Positions 10,240 to 21,433 of a DNA stretch of 21,433 nucleotides are shown one piece after another. Each line of letters starts with the position of its first letter. Position 1 is the stretch's first letter. The DNA comes from Vermamoeba vermiformis (lineage: Eukaryota), in contig JBEWZL010000214.1 in NCBI GenBank assembly GCA_045837725.1, positions 62,001 to 83,433 of the forward strand, in the 5' to 3' direction. A program made the position numbers and the translations under genes. The notes below the pieces were generated by a model that was not told the origin of the DNA, did not search any database, and was given only the letters and a program-made list of their open reading frames with translations.

Positions 10240-13217
10240 ATGTCTAACATTGGGCCTCTTGCTATATTAGTGCTGCTGAGTACTACCCTAGTGTACTCTC
10301 AACAGCTTTCAATCTTCGTTGCGGTGGACGGATCGGATGCAACTGGCGATGGCTCGATGAATAAACCGTTCCAGACAATTACCGCTGCCAGAGATTATAT
10401 CCGCAGTAATGTCACGAAAGCGAATTTTAACGGTACGTGAATAAAAGAAATTAAACTGCCTGTTGAAATTAATACTGAATTACGTAATGCAGAGATCAAT
10501 GTCGAAGTTCGCGGTGGAACGTATTTCCTTGCCGATACCATTGCATTTACGCAAGAGGACTCTGGCACTAACCAAACATTGGTTCGTTATAGGTAAATAT
10601 CTTTTTGATTCCATTTTAAAATTATTGCTCGCGCGGTTAATTTATTCCGGCTCGCTTTATGAACAATTCCGACATAAATCATGGTTTTAATTTTCTACAA
10701 TTAGGGCATATAATAACGAGCAAGTTACTTTGGTCGGAGGTGTTTCTCTGGGTGGATGGACTTCCGTAACAGATTCGGGAGTGCTCAACCGCTTGAAGAC
10801 CGATGCAAAAACAAATGTAATGCGGTATTACTATAAGCATGTTATGTACGACATTAACAAGTTAAAATTAGGTCAAAGTAGCGTCTTTAGGTGATGCTGA
10901 TCCGGGTACCTTACAGAACCGTGGATTTTCCTTCTTTGGAAATTATGCAGCTATGGAATTGTTCTTCAAGACCGATCCAATGACCCTCGCACGATATCCT
11001 AATAACGTAAGTATCACAATTTGGCTATTTTTAGCTGACAAGCGCAACACAGGATTTTTTGTTGATCTCGGCAGTTAGCGGATCAACTGTGCAATTCACT
11101 GAAGCCAATAGCAATGTCGCTAACTGGCAACAAGAAAGCGATCCGTGGGCCTTTGGATACTGGAAGTATGATTGGGCCGATGAGTAAGTATCAACCTATC
11201 AAAATGTCAAAAACTTGATCTGATCCACAACTTGAATCAAACAGCTACGTGAAATTAGATTCATTCAGCGCCAGTGGAGATAACGTGTCATTTCAAGTTG
11301 TTGGCGATCAGCCTGGATTTGGCATTGGTGCAGATCAGCGATTCTACTTCCAAAACTTCTTGTCTGAGCTCGATAGCCCCGGCGAGTACTACATTGACCG
11401 TGCTAACAAAAAGATCTATTTTTGGCCGCCCATCAACGACTACTCTGACAGTGACTTCATTGTTTCAACCAACGATTACATTTTCACGTTGAACGACGTG
11501 TCATTTTTCACCCTCGAAGGATTTACCATTGAAGCCACTCGCAAATCAGTAAGTTGGATGAAATTACTATAATAGGAAATTATTGACTTATTAATTTGAT
11601 TTCTTAGGGCATTGACGGTCGCGACCTGACTAATGTAAGACCGATGAAATCTCGGCCAAAAATATCCAATTAACATAGGATTTGTGCAGGTGACAGTTCG
11701 CGGTCTGACGATCAGAAACACCGGCACTGACGGTGCTGTGTTAGAAGGCCCGAAGAACATTCTCGTTGAGAACTGTGTGGTGAACAATCCTGGTGACCGC
11801 GGATTTTCATTCTACGGAGGAGACCGTGCCACTTTGACGCGATCAAGTAAGCCTTACGATAACATTTTAGATGGCAATCTCACGTGCTTTAGATCATATG
11901 GTCCGCAATAACATCGTGAAAAATTTCAGTCGTTGGTCGAAGACTTACAGACCTGCGTTCAATGTTGATGGTGTTGGTACCACAATTGAGCACAATGAAA
12001 TGTTCAACGGACCTCACACCGCTTTGTTATGGAGCGGCAACTATCACACGATGCAGTACAACATCATTCACGATGTAAGTACACTTTTCGATAGACACTT
12101 TTACCTACAATATTTGCAGGTTTGTCGCGAGACTGGTGACGTCGGTGCATTTTATTCTGGCAGAGACTGGACTCGCCGTGGTAACGTCATCAAGCACAAC
12201 TTCTTCTAGTAAGTACAAACGTGTTATCTTGGTGTCAAAGTCCTGTACCGACACCATTTTTACCCACAGCAACATCAATGGTCCTGGTGCTCTTGGTGCC
12301 TCAGGTGTTTATTTTGACGATCAGTACAGCTCTGGTGACATCATCGGAAACGTTTTTTACAACGTCTATCGCGTACGTAGAAGATATCTTAAATGAATCT
12401 CGTTTTGTCAAGGCTTAAATGTCATTTAAATGCTTCGCAGGCGATTCTGATCGGCGGAGGTCGCGACAACAACATCCATTACAATCTGTTCGTTGACTGC
12501 CAGACCGGTGTTGCTATTGGTAAGTCAAAACATGGTCTCTCCAGCGCGGAAATCCAAAGCTGAAATTTCGTTTAGACGCTCGTGGCTTGGGTCTGTGCGG
12601 ACCTCAAAATGACGGTACTTTGAACACTAACTTGGCCGCCGTGCCCTACAAACAAGAGCCCTGGTTGTCTGCTTTCCCGACTTTAGCAACAATTTTGGAT
12701 GTAAGTACTGATTGCTTCGAACAAAGAAATTAATGAAATTGATTCGTGGAATTTAACGCCCATTACTAGAACGAGCCCAACGCACCTATAGGCAATAACT
12801 TTGGCTACAATTTGTTCGTGAACATGAGCGACACGTGGAAGTCGTTCTGTCCCGAGGATCAAGTCACGCCGTTCATCAACATGACCGAGAACTGCTTCAA
12901 TTTGACGCGCGAAGACTTTGTCGACGCTAACGGCCTCAACTTTGAGCTCGTGAGTGGTGCGCTGAACAAGTGCTCGAGTTCATTCAGTGCCGTGTACCAG
13001 ACCATTCCATTTGATGCCATTGGCGCCCAGAACTTAAGTACGTATTCTGTAATATTTGTATTGTTCTGTCTTATTAATCGATGGTGCAGATCAATCGCCT
13101 CAAAGCGGATCGGGTCCTTCGGCGTCTTCAAACACACCGAAAGCAGTTTCATCGGCAGTTAGCAACGCTAGTTCTTTACTCGTTTTTGTAGTAATGCTTG
13201 GTGTTGGAATGTTTTAA
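10240..13217 (+). CDS. Secreted, probably GPI-anchored right-handed parallel beta-helix protein (GH141-like, pectin-lyase fold)
   Basis: Multi-exon. Signal peptide, then IFVAVDGSDATGDGSMNKPFQTITAARD, VRGGTYFL...FTQEDSG, MTLARYPN, GYWKYDWAD, RFYFQNFLSELDSPGEYYID, HNEMFNGPH, ETGDVGAFYSGRDW, GVYFDD and ILIGGGRDN. Ends in a Ser/Pro linker and hydrophobic tail LLVFVVMLGVGMF; stop at 13215-13217. Confidence 0.8.
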
Positions 13218-13864
13218 GAAAAGGCGGGGTGAAACAAATTTTCGGTGGATTTTGTTTGTCGCAGCATTTCATAACAGCAAATACACATGAAATTTGATAC
13301 AAACTTTCGCTTTAAAACTGGAGGTATGAATCGAGAGTTATACGCGCAAACTTATCGCACAAAAGTAATTTTTTTATTCCGCGGATAGAGCGATCTTTTT
13401 CAACCTCTCTAATAAATTATTCCAGCTACTAACAAAAATTAGAATTTGTATACCTCAGCGTACTTTGGTAGTAAAATAGGAATAGCATTTATTAATTATT
13501 TTTAAATTGGAATATCCGAAAAAACTAAAATTTGCAATTCACTCTTTCGCAACTCATTTTAGAGCAAATTTATTTTCTAATAGAATTTTGATGCGAACGC
13601 TGGTTAATTAACAACATGAATCTTGGATTATCAGATGCGAAGCTACCTTGACTTAAGGATCAATCTTGATTGCAAGTCCGTGCATCTGAGCGAGAACTGA
13701 ACAAAGTAACTCATGCCACTTCTACAAAACGGCTAGGTCGGCGAAATTAACTCCGCATTTCTTTCCGCGGCGATTTACTCCTTTTTTGGATTAGAAGAGG
13801 CTCGCGAACATTGAAGAACCTTGTGACGCACGGAATTTCCTTTTCACTATTTCTCCTTGCCAGC

Positions 13865-13871
13865 TATAAAA
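13865..13871 (+). promoter_or_regulatory. TATA box
   Basis: TATAAAA about 60 bp upstream of the ATG at 13926, followed by a CAA-rich leader. Confidence 0.5.
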
Positions 13872-13925
13872 GTGCTTTGCACGATCATTAATCATTCATC
13901 AAGCAAACAACAACAACAACTCAAA

Positions 13926-15139
13926 ATGTCAACTGTATTCCTCATTGGCGCTGGTTACATCGGCAATGCTGTTGCGATTGCATTAAGGTATCTAAAATAT
14001 AGCATGAAATTAGCGTATTAATTGTTTGTTCAGACAAGCTGGCCATCACGTCACCGTTTTGGTGAGATCTTCACACAAAGCAGCAGAGTTGCTCAAACAC
14101 GAAATTCGCGTCGTCGAAGGGCAAGTAAATAATCAAATTTATATATACCATTAACTAATATGAGCATTGTAGCGATTTAAAGAACGTCGAGACCTTTCAA
14201 AAGCAGATCGAAGAATCAAGTTACATTATTGACGCTTCTGGTGACATGCAAGCTTGCCATACCTTATTAGCTGCCATCGAGAAAGCTTCTGAAAAGTAAG
14301 TCGTGCATTTCTATAATATCCGTAAATATCTTTATTCAATTGACCTTTTTTTTTAGGGCACCGAGATCGAAAACTTTTGTTTATACTTCCGGTGTTCTCG
14401 TGTACGGCGATAACCCCAACAAAATCCTCGATGAAACATCACCTGTTGCAGCCAATCTTCACCCGTGGTCAAAGGGCAGATACGAATTTGAACAAAAAGC
14501 GTTGCACTCAACCCTCGTGCGCACGGTCATTATTCGACCTGGATTTGTTTACGGTAACAGTTCTGGCGGGTAAGTAACGTTGATATCAATTGCAGCCGGG
14601 ACCTTTTACTTACTATTAACATTCAGTCTTGGACACATGGCTTTTGGAGCAGTATTGAAGGGTCAACTTACCATTGTTGGCAACCCTCAAAACAGGTACG
14701 CAATTCTTGCATATAAGACTTAGTATTTATATAATGCTATAGATTCGCCTATTCTCATATCGCTGATCTTGCTGATGGCTATCGACGTGTTGTTGAAGCC
14801 CCAGTGAGCGTCATCGACCGAGAAATTTTCAACGTTGTTGACTTCTCACATCCAACCAACGAAGAGGTATGCAACTCATGCTCCTGATTTTTATAATACT
14901 GATACTAATACTTGTTTATTAAGATGTTGAAGGCTGCCGCGAAAGTTGCTGGCTTCACTGGAAAACCCGAGTACCGTGCTGCCGAATCCGACTTTGAAAA
15001 GTTTGCTGATGTCAGCTGTGCCTGCTCGCCACTTAAGACGATGAGACTACTCAACTGGACTCCTCGTCACGTTGGCTTCGTTGAAGAAATTGAGCTCTAC
15101 TTTAAGGCCTACAAAGCTGCCTATGGAATTCCCCTGTAA
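13926..15139 (+). CDS. NAD(P)-dependent epimerase/dehydratase (atypical SDR)
   Basis: Multi-exon. MSTVFLIGAGYIGNAVA Rossmann motif, FVYTSGVLVYG, IIRPGFVYG, HIADLADGY, LLNWTP; stop at 15137-15139. Confidence 0.88.
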
Positions 15140-15345
15140 GCAAATAAACTTTATTTTCATACTAATTGAACAGCAGTCATAATACTATTCGTCGTCGTTT
15201 CGGATGTATTTAACAGTCCGTATTCTTTTCTCGTAAAATACAGTTTTGGTTGCAGCGAAGAAAACTCCAAAAACGGTCAGTTGCGATTTCAATTTTTTGT
15301 TATTTTAATCGTGACCTTGAGACAATACCAGAACAGTGAGTTGCA

Positions 15346-16840
15346 ATGAGAGCGCTGCTATTCATCGCCGTTTTGCTTGCAGCGATATTGAATGTGACTG
15401 CGCACTCAAGATTCGTTTGCCCGACTCCCAGAAGCGATAGCTCCGGTATTAAAACAGTAAGTTCCGTGATTAATTTTAAAATTGTATAATCACTGCACTC
15501 TTATGATAAATAACGCTAATACTGCAAGATATTAAAATAAAATTTGTAATTGAGCTGTAATTTCCGTTTAACTGCCCAAGTAGCAATTATAATAGTAAAA
15601 ATAATATAATTAATCAACCAAGGAATTAAAATAAATTTATGCAGGGACCATGCGGAGATCAAACGAACGACTTCAGCGGACCCGTTACTGAGCTTTCTCC
15701 CGGCTGGAATACCTTAGTCATCGAAGAAACCGTTGTTCACAGTGGTAAGTCATAATTTTGGAGGTGATATAAGTGCCAGGCAAGCCGAGATTTATTTTGA
15801 TACTCGCAGGAGCGCCGTTTAGAATTGCGTTGACGATTGGAGGAGTCGATGATTATAAAAGTAAGTTATTACTGTACTGCAATTTTTATTTCGCGTTGAT
15901 ATTGCGAACAACTTTGAACTAACGAAACTAAACTAAACGAAGTAGTAAATCCGCTCCCCATTCCAAAATAGGCACAGATATCGCTTTATTTATAGTTTGC
16001 CGCTAGTAATTATACCTTTTTATGTAGTAAAGATCCTCCGTTGCTAGTCGCTTACGTATCTAATTTTAGACACCTTACTCGATCACGTGCCACACAACGA
16101 TGCCAATCCCACTAACGGCCGTTACTTCGTGAATGTTTATATTCCCGATATCAACTGTGCAAATTGCGCTATTCAATCGGGCAACTCAATGACTGGTGGT
16201 TACAGTGGCTGCACTCTGGATGGAGGTTGCTCGGCCTACTTCTCTTGCGCTAATATCAAGATTAACGGGTAAATATCATAAAAGAATACACTGCATCATA
16301 TATCTGTTAATACAATCAGTAAGCAAGCTAATAGAACTAATTTTTCGCTTTCAGAACTCAAGATCCCGCTACTTGGCAATCCAACTTTACTTACTCACCT
16401 CCAGCAGACTGGCCTTATACTGTAAGTCTCATATTGGCTATGAATTAATTTAAAATTCGTCTATGGTTGCATTTTACAAGCAATGCAGGATCTGATCGCT
16501 CGGTTTAACAACCTGTTTCTAATATAAATGGCTTGATAGGACACTCCTAATGTATACGGCGACGAATCTGCGACTTGGAAAGACGGTTGGATCGTAGGTA
16601 TCAACTACAATCAACAACCTGCTGGTGCTTGCGCTGCCGTCGTGAGTGGTGGAGGTAAGTCAGATCTTTTCGTAGAAATTCAATTGTATTTAAATGCTTA
16701 TAGCCATACCTCCTACTATCTATATTCCTGCCGCGCCTAAACCTCCCACAGCTTCTACGCCAGTTAAGAAGTCTTCGAGCTCATCCGCAGTTCTTGCCAA
16801 TATCTTGCTCTTGCTTAGCGTTATTTTGTTGCTCTTTTAG
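15346..16840 (+). CDS. His-brace LPMO-like copper protein (resembles the myxobacterial SCE4755 family), secreted, probably GPI-anchored
   Basis: Signal peptide MRALLFIAVLLAAILNVTA followed directly by HSRFVCPTPR...KTGPCG...EETVVHSGAPFRIA...IPDINCANCAIQ...YFSCANI. Ends in a Pro/Thr linker and hydrophobic tail ILLLLSVILLLF; stop at 16838-16840. Confidence 0.72.
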
Positions 16841-17171
16841 ATTGTAATATTAGTTTTGGTAGTAATTAGCAAATAAAGACAAATTGTTTGCTGAAACTGA
16901 AGATCCAGTTCTGGTGAGATTCCACTAAACAGCCCTTGGAGCGAATATTAGAACTCGTGTTATACCGCTGGTTATAATAAATGAAATTTAGCGTACCAAC
17001 AGAATTGCCTCCCGATTCAAGAGCTGTCAAAACAACGATCTTGACAAAAAAAAGTTCCAACCTTAAATTCAGACCTCTCCACCACAGAACCCGTCTGTGT
17101 TGTTTATATAATATTTTGTATATCAATTGTAAATAACTTGGTCCTCGCGTAGTCTGTATAGTTTTAACAAG

Positions 17172-18463
17172 ATGCAATCCATTGTAAATTTTTTCTTTGG
17201 CAAAGAGCCTACACCGGAAGAAATGGTGAAAAAATGGAGACGAGAAATTAGTTCTGAAGGACGAACGATTGATCGAACCATTAGAGGTCAGTGCTGCATC
17301 TGAATTTTTCCTAATAATTTTTGAAATTGAAAGTCCTTTATTAAAAAATCTGTAAATACTTTAGAAATTATATATGAATTATTTACGTGCTAATTTCTAT
17401 TTTTATTTGCAAAATTAACGCGTACGATTTTAGGTATCGAGCGAGAGGAAAATAAATTGAAACTCGAGATCAAAAAAGCAGCCAAAGCTAATGATATGAA
17501 AACTGCAAAGTAAGTATCGTTTTTGTATGATTCCTTGCATTTATATAAATTAAAGAACACCGGACAGTAGAATTTTTTTTTTGCAAATCCGGATCGCCCC
17601 CTCTCATTTAGTTCAGAACTGAAATTACATTTACTAATGCATCGCTTGTTATCAATAGGACATTGGCTAAAGAAATAGTCCGCTCTCGCAAACACAAAGA
17701 TCGTCTTTTTGTTTCAAAAGCTCAGCTCAACTCTGTCTCGCTGCACTTGCAGCAGAACTTAGGTACGTTTAATATCTTCATTATACATATCAACATATAG
17801 TAGCCGAGACCTATAATGTTAATCACCCATTTATAGCTACATATAAAATGGCTGGCCATATCGCCAAGAGTGCTGAGGTGATGAAAGCGATGAACAATTT
17901 GATTCGATTGCCCGAGCTCAATAACGTCATGATGACCATGTCGCGAGAGATGGAGAAGGTTAGTATCTATAATATACATAAAATGCATAATACCACGCAA
18001 TGATAAGCGTGCGATCTGCTCACATCGACAGCTGGATCTGCACGATGAAAGCTCTTCACTATTATACGATAATACTGAAATAACGTTACTAAAATATAGT
18101 CCTATTGTCATATTATATAGCGCCAGCATTAATTATTCTCTTTTACCTTTAGGCCGGTCTGATCGAAGAGATGATGGATGACATCTTGGACGAAGATGAC
18201 GTGGACGATGAAGTCGAAGAAGAAGTCGACAAAGTGGTCGATGAGCTCATCCTCGACATTGTGGATAGAACTCCTGCTGCCAAGAGCAAAATACCCGCTG
18301 CTAAAGTGCAACAGCCTGCTCAAGTACGTACCCGTCAAATTAGATCTAGATCACGCACTCGAATTATTATTATTAAATAGCAAACAATTAATTAATACGG
18401 ATACTATAGGAAGAAAAAGATCTCGAATTGGAGAAGCGATATGAAGCTTTGAACAATATTTAG
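17172..18463 (+). CDS. VPS24: ESCRT-III subunit Vps24/CHMP3
   Basis: Six exons: MQSIVNFFFGKEPTPEEMVKKWRRE..., TLAKEIVRSRKHKDRLFVSKAQLNSV, KSAEVMKAMNNLIRLPELNNVMMTMSREMEKAGLIEEMMDD, and C-terminal LEKRYEAL; stop at 18461-18463. Confidence 0.92.
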
Positions 18464-19050
18464 ATGATAGCATGAGGATCAGATCTGACAGTAACGTACG
18501 TAAGTTCAAAATTTACTACGTCATTAGAACATTGTTTGAAAAACAAATTTGATGTAAATAGTGCCAAAATGTGATAAATATGTGTTAGCGATATTGAACG
18601 AGCAATAATTGACTCGATTTTAAATTTCAGCTTTTTCAACGATTCAACAATAATATTTTGCTATTACTGCTTATTATATTACCAAATATTGCGCACATAG
18701 GTTAAATGAAATACAATATTGTGTATTACTTTCAGATCGTACCAGATCCTTCGTGAAGAAAAATCACAATTTGAATCTTCATTGCACTATGCATGGTAGG
18801 TGCGTATGAGTAGTATGAAACGGAAGGGTCAGCGGAAAGATCATTGCGGTATACAGTGCTTCTCGTTCCAGAATTTTCCAAAAAAGGAAATTTTACCTTC
18901 TGAACCAGCTTCGTGAAGAACGGTGGAAGAAATTTGAAAAAATATAAATTGAAATCGATCTGAGTTGTTTTTTATCAATTGCAAATAACAATCAAAAAGC
19001 AATACAACAAACTCTTCCCCTTCTACTTCGTTCAAACCAAATCCGCTACA

Positions 19051-20119
19051 ATGTCCAACCAATTCAAGACTGTTTTGATCGCTGGAGCCACTGGTTTCCT
19101 CGGCTTCAAAGTCGCCAATGCCTTCTTGGACAAGAAACAATTCGATGTCCGTATCATCGTCCGCAAGGCGAGCGACAAATCCGATCAGCTCAAATCCAAG
19201 GGCGCTCATGTAACCGAAGTTGACTTCAATGACTCTGAAGCACTCAAGAAGGTAAGTCGTGTTATAATAAGGCTTATTAATATTAATTGTATCATATAGG
19301 CCCTTACTGGCGTAGACGCTGTTGTTTCAGTTCTTTCCAACGACGGATTCGGTGTTCAACCAGCTCTTATTGCCGCCGCTGCTGCTAGTGGTGTTAAGCG
19401 CTTCATTCCTTCCGAGTTCGGTGTCAGCATTTCATTCGCTCCTCCTGGCACTTCTGGCTTGCTTGACTACAAGTGGGGCATCCGCGAACAGATCCAAAAA
19501 ACCGGCATGGAGTACACTTACATTAGCAATCACATCTTCATGGAGTACTTGTTCAGCCCGTTCGGTGGTGTTGACCTCAAGAACGCTACTATCGACAGTT
19601 ACGGCCCGGATGTGACTTTCAGCGCGATCCACACCGACGACATTGCTCGCTTGGTCCCTGAAGTCTTGTTGAATCCTAATAGCAAGAATAAGGAAGTTCA
19701 TCTTGGTGCTCAGACCTTCAAATGGGACGACATCGCCACACAACTCGAGAAACTTACCGGTATGTTAAAAAGATTAATAACCATAATTATAATATCACGC
19801 ATACTCATGACATTTAAAAAAAACGAAATTTCGCAAATGATGGATTAAAATTTGGATATTTCTGTGACTAACGGAGATTTTTGGACCGACAGGCAAGATC
19901 TGGAAAAAACACCAATTAACTGACGAGAAATTGACCGAGACCATTACCACTTCGCAAGACATCATTGTTGCATTCGGCGCTACTTTGCAACGTCAAGCAT
20001 TGAGACTTAAAACCGCCGTTTTGCATCCTCTTGATAACTTGACAGATCCATTCTACGAACCAACCAAGAAGAACTTGATTAAGGTCGAAGATTATCTCGC
20101 TCAAATCACCAAGCAATAA
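19051..20119 (+). CDS. NmrA-like / isoflavone reductase-like NAD(P)-binding protein
   Basis: Three exons. VLIAGATGFLG, ALTGVDAVVS, GVKRFIPSEFG, GMEYTYI, IHTDDIARLV. TATA-like TATAAA at about 18943. Confidence 0.9.
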
Positions 20120-20475
20120 GCACTCCGTATCCTAGATACAAAATGAACTGAACCGTTCTGTTGCTGTTGATCTAACAAAAATAAACCTTTGATCCCCGAT
20201 ATGAGTAGCGTTTGCCTATGCCTTTAAAAATGATTGTTTATATACTAGAACTAATATGTGCTTGTTGTGAAGCAAATAAAAACTGTTTCAGGTCATACAA
20301 ACTAAGGTCAAAGCTGACGACAGCTCAAAAGAACGTACTCAAATGAATAGATAATAATGCGTTTAATTACACTATTAACATCAGCATTCAGTACTGAAAT
20401 ACGAATTTCTACCCCATCGACACTAAGCTTAGATAATTGATGTAAACGGGTTCCGAGGCTACAACAATATCGTGT

Positions 20476-21433
20476 TTATCTGCAAGTGGCGTGACAGGAT
20501 TTTTTAAACCATTCAGGCATCGGACATGTGAATGGATTGCCTGTAGCAAAACAAGACATATACGGCATTGTCACGTTGTTCATTTGTGTCGAGACAGATG
20601 TGAACTGATTGTCCTCGATATCAATACAATTCTTGTTTTTTGCCAACACCGGCACGTAAAATTCGCCGCTGAAATTATTTTTTGCAACGCTGACGATCAA
20701 CTCCTGTCTACCGGTTTGAAAAAAAAGTTTCTCGTTCATCTTTGGTACTGGGCCAGATAACTGATTCTTGTCCAATATCAACCGAGTCACACTCGTATTA
20801 GCAAGACTAGGCATTGTTCCTGTCAAATTGTTGTAGCCCAATGACAACACGCGCAAATGTGTCAGCTGTGAAATTTCGTTGGGTATTGTTCCGTACAGTC
20901 CACTGCGACGTGCTTCAAACTGCCGAAGATTTTTAAGATTTGATATCTGCGGCGGTATCGTCCATGACAAGTCGCCATTGTTGCTTAATTGCAAAACGTT
21001 CAATGAAGGCAGTGAAAATATCTCCAACGGCACGGATCCAGTAAACTGTGAATTGGCAAGAATGAGTGTGTCGAGATTGGTGAGGTTCCCAATCGATGCA
21101 GGAATAGTTCCATATATCTTATTCGCTTGATACAACCGAAACGATTGAAGTTTGTCGAGTCTGCCAATCGAGTCGGGTATTGTGCCAACCAAATTGAAAT
21201 CGTACAGCTGTAGACCAACCACTCGCAAGTCACCGTTGCATGCGACACCAAGCCATTCACAGACATTATTTGAAGATGTCGAGAGTCCTCTTTGATCACA
21301 ACAGGCGCCAGTAGCGTTGTACAATTCGGCCACGACAGCGTGATCGATTGACAAGTACGCTGGTGACGGCGTTGATGGTGATGGTAGCGGACTTGGTGCT
21401 GTTATTCCAGGGCTATTTGGTGCATTAGGAGAG
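20476..21433 (-). CDS. Extracellular plant-type leucine-rich repeat (PGIP-like) protein, 5'-partial
   Basis: The frame stays open to the window edge through a Ser/Pro linker (SPNAPNSPGITAPSPLPSPSTPSP). It has an LRRNT-like CEWLGVAC, repeated LxxLxxLxLxxNxxxGxIP units and a C-terminal GNPFTCPMP...CHATC. Confidence 0.88.
   Translation of the reverse strand, partial: SPNAPNSPGITAPSPLPSPSTPSPAYLSIDHAVVAELYNATGACCDQRGLSTSSNNVCEWLGVACNGDLRVVGLQLYDFNLVGTIPDSIGRLDKLQSFRLYQANKIYGTIPASIGNLTNLDTLILANSQFTGSVPLEIFSLPSLNVLQLSNNGDLSWTIPPQISNLKNLRQFEARRSGLYGTIPNEISQLTHLRVLSLGYNNLTGTMPSLANTSVTRLILDKNQLSGPVPKMNEKLFFQTGRQELIVSVAKNNFSGEFYVPVLAKNKNCIDIEDNQFTSVSTQMNNVTMPYMSCFATGNPFTCPMPEWFKKSCHATCR

Noticed and set aside
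13903-13920. (CAA)n run
   Set aside because: Ordinary short 5' UTR microsatellite.
16866-19743. Minus-strand ORFs of 69-135 aa
   Set aside because: Antisense to VPS24 or the NmrA-like gene, or spanning introns; no recognisable content.
1-21433. CRISPR array, tRNA/rRNA, TnpB/Fanzor RuvC motifs, reverse transcriptase
   Set aside because: No repeat-spacer periodicity or diagnostic motifs seen; the sequence is eukaryotic and largely explained by spliced genes.

Overview
Eukaryotic, AT-rich, gene-dense DNA with many short GT-AG introns. The style suggests a protist, possibly amoeboid, but I cannot assign the taxon. The ORF track fragments the real genes, so I re-spliced them by hand. Positions 1-7520 look like one end of a large compact mobile element. 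It holds a 6-exon Sola1/DUF7869-type DDD transposase gene (566-3003 +) and a convergent, intron-rich P-superfamily-like DDE transposase gene (-) whose predicted stop overlaps the first gene by 26 bp. The P-like gene is preceded by a BED + GRF zinc-finger module that may be spliced onto it. A divergent RPA70N-like exon lies at the left edge, and a dense GGTAA/TTACC inverted-repeat array at 7402-7503 may be the subterminal region. Positions 7578-21433 hold host-type genes: an F-box/ankyrin gene with two apparent frameshifts (-), a secreted, probably GPI-anchored GH141-like beta-helix protein (+), an NAD(P)-dependent epimerase/SDR (+), a His-brace LPMO-like protein with a probable GPI signal (+), VPS24/CHMP3 (+), an NmrA/isoflavone-reductase-like protein (+) and a 5'-partial PGIP-like LRR protein (-). 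Family calls rest on recalled motifs; no searches were run.
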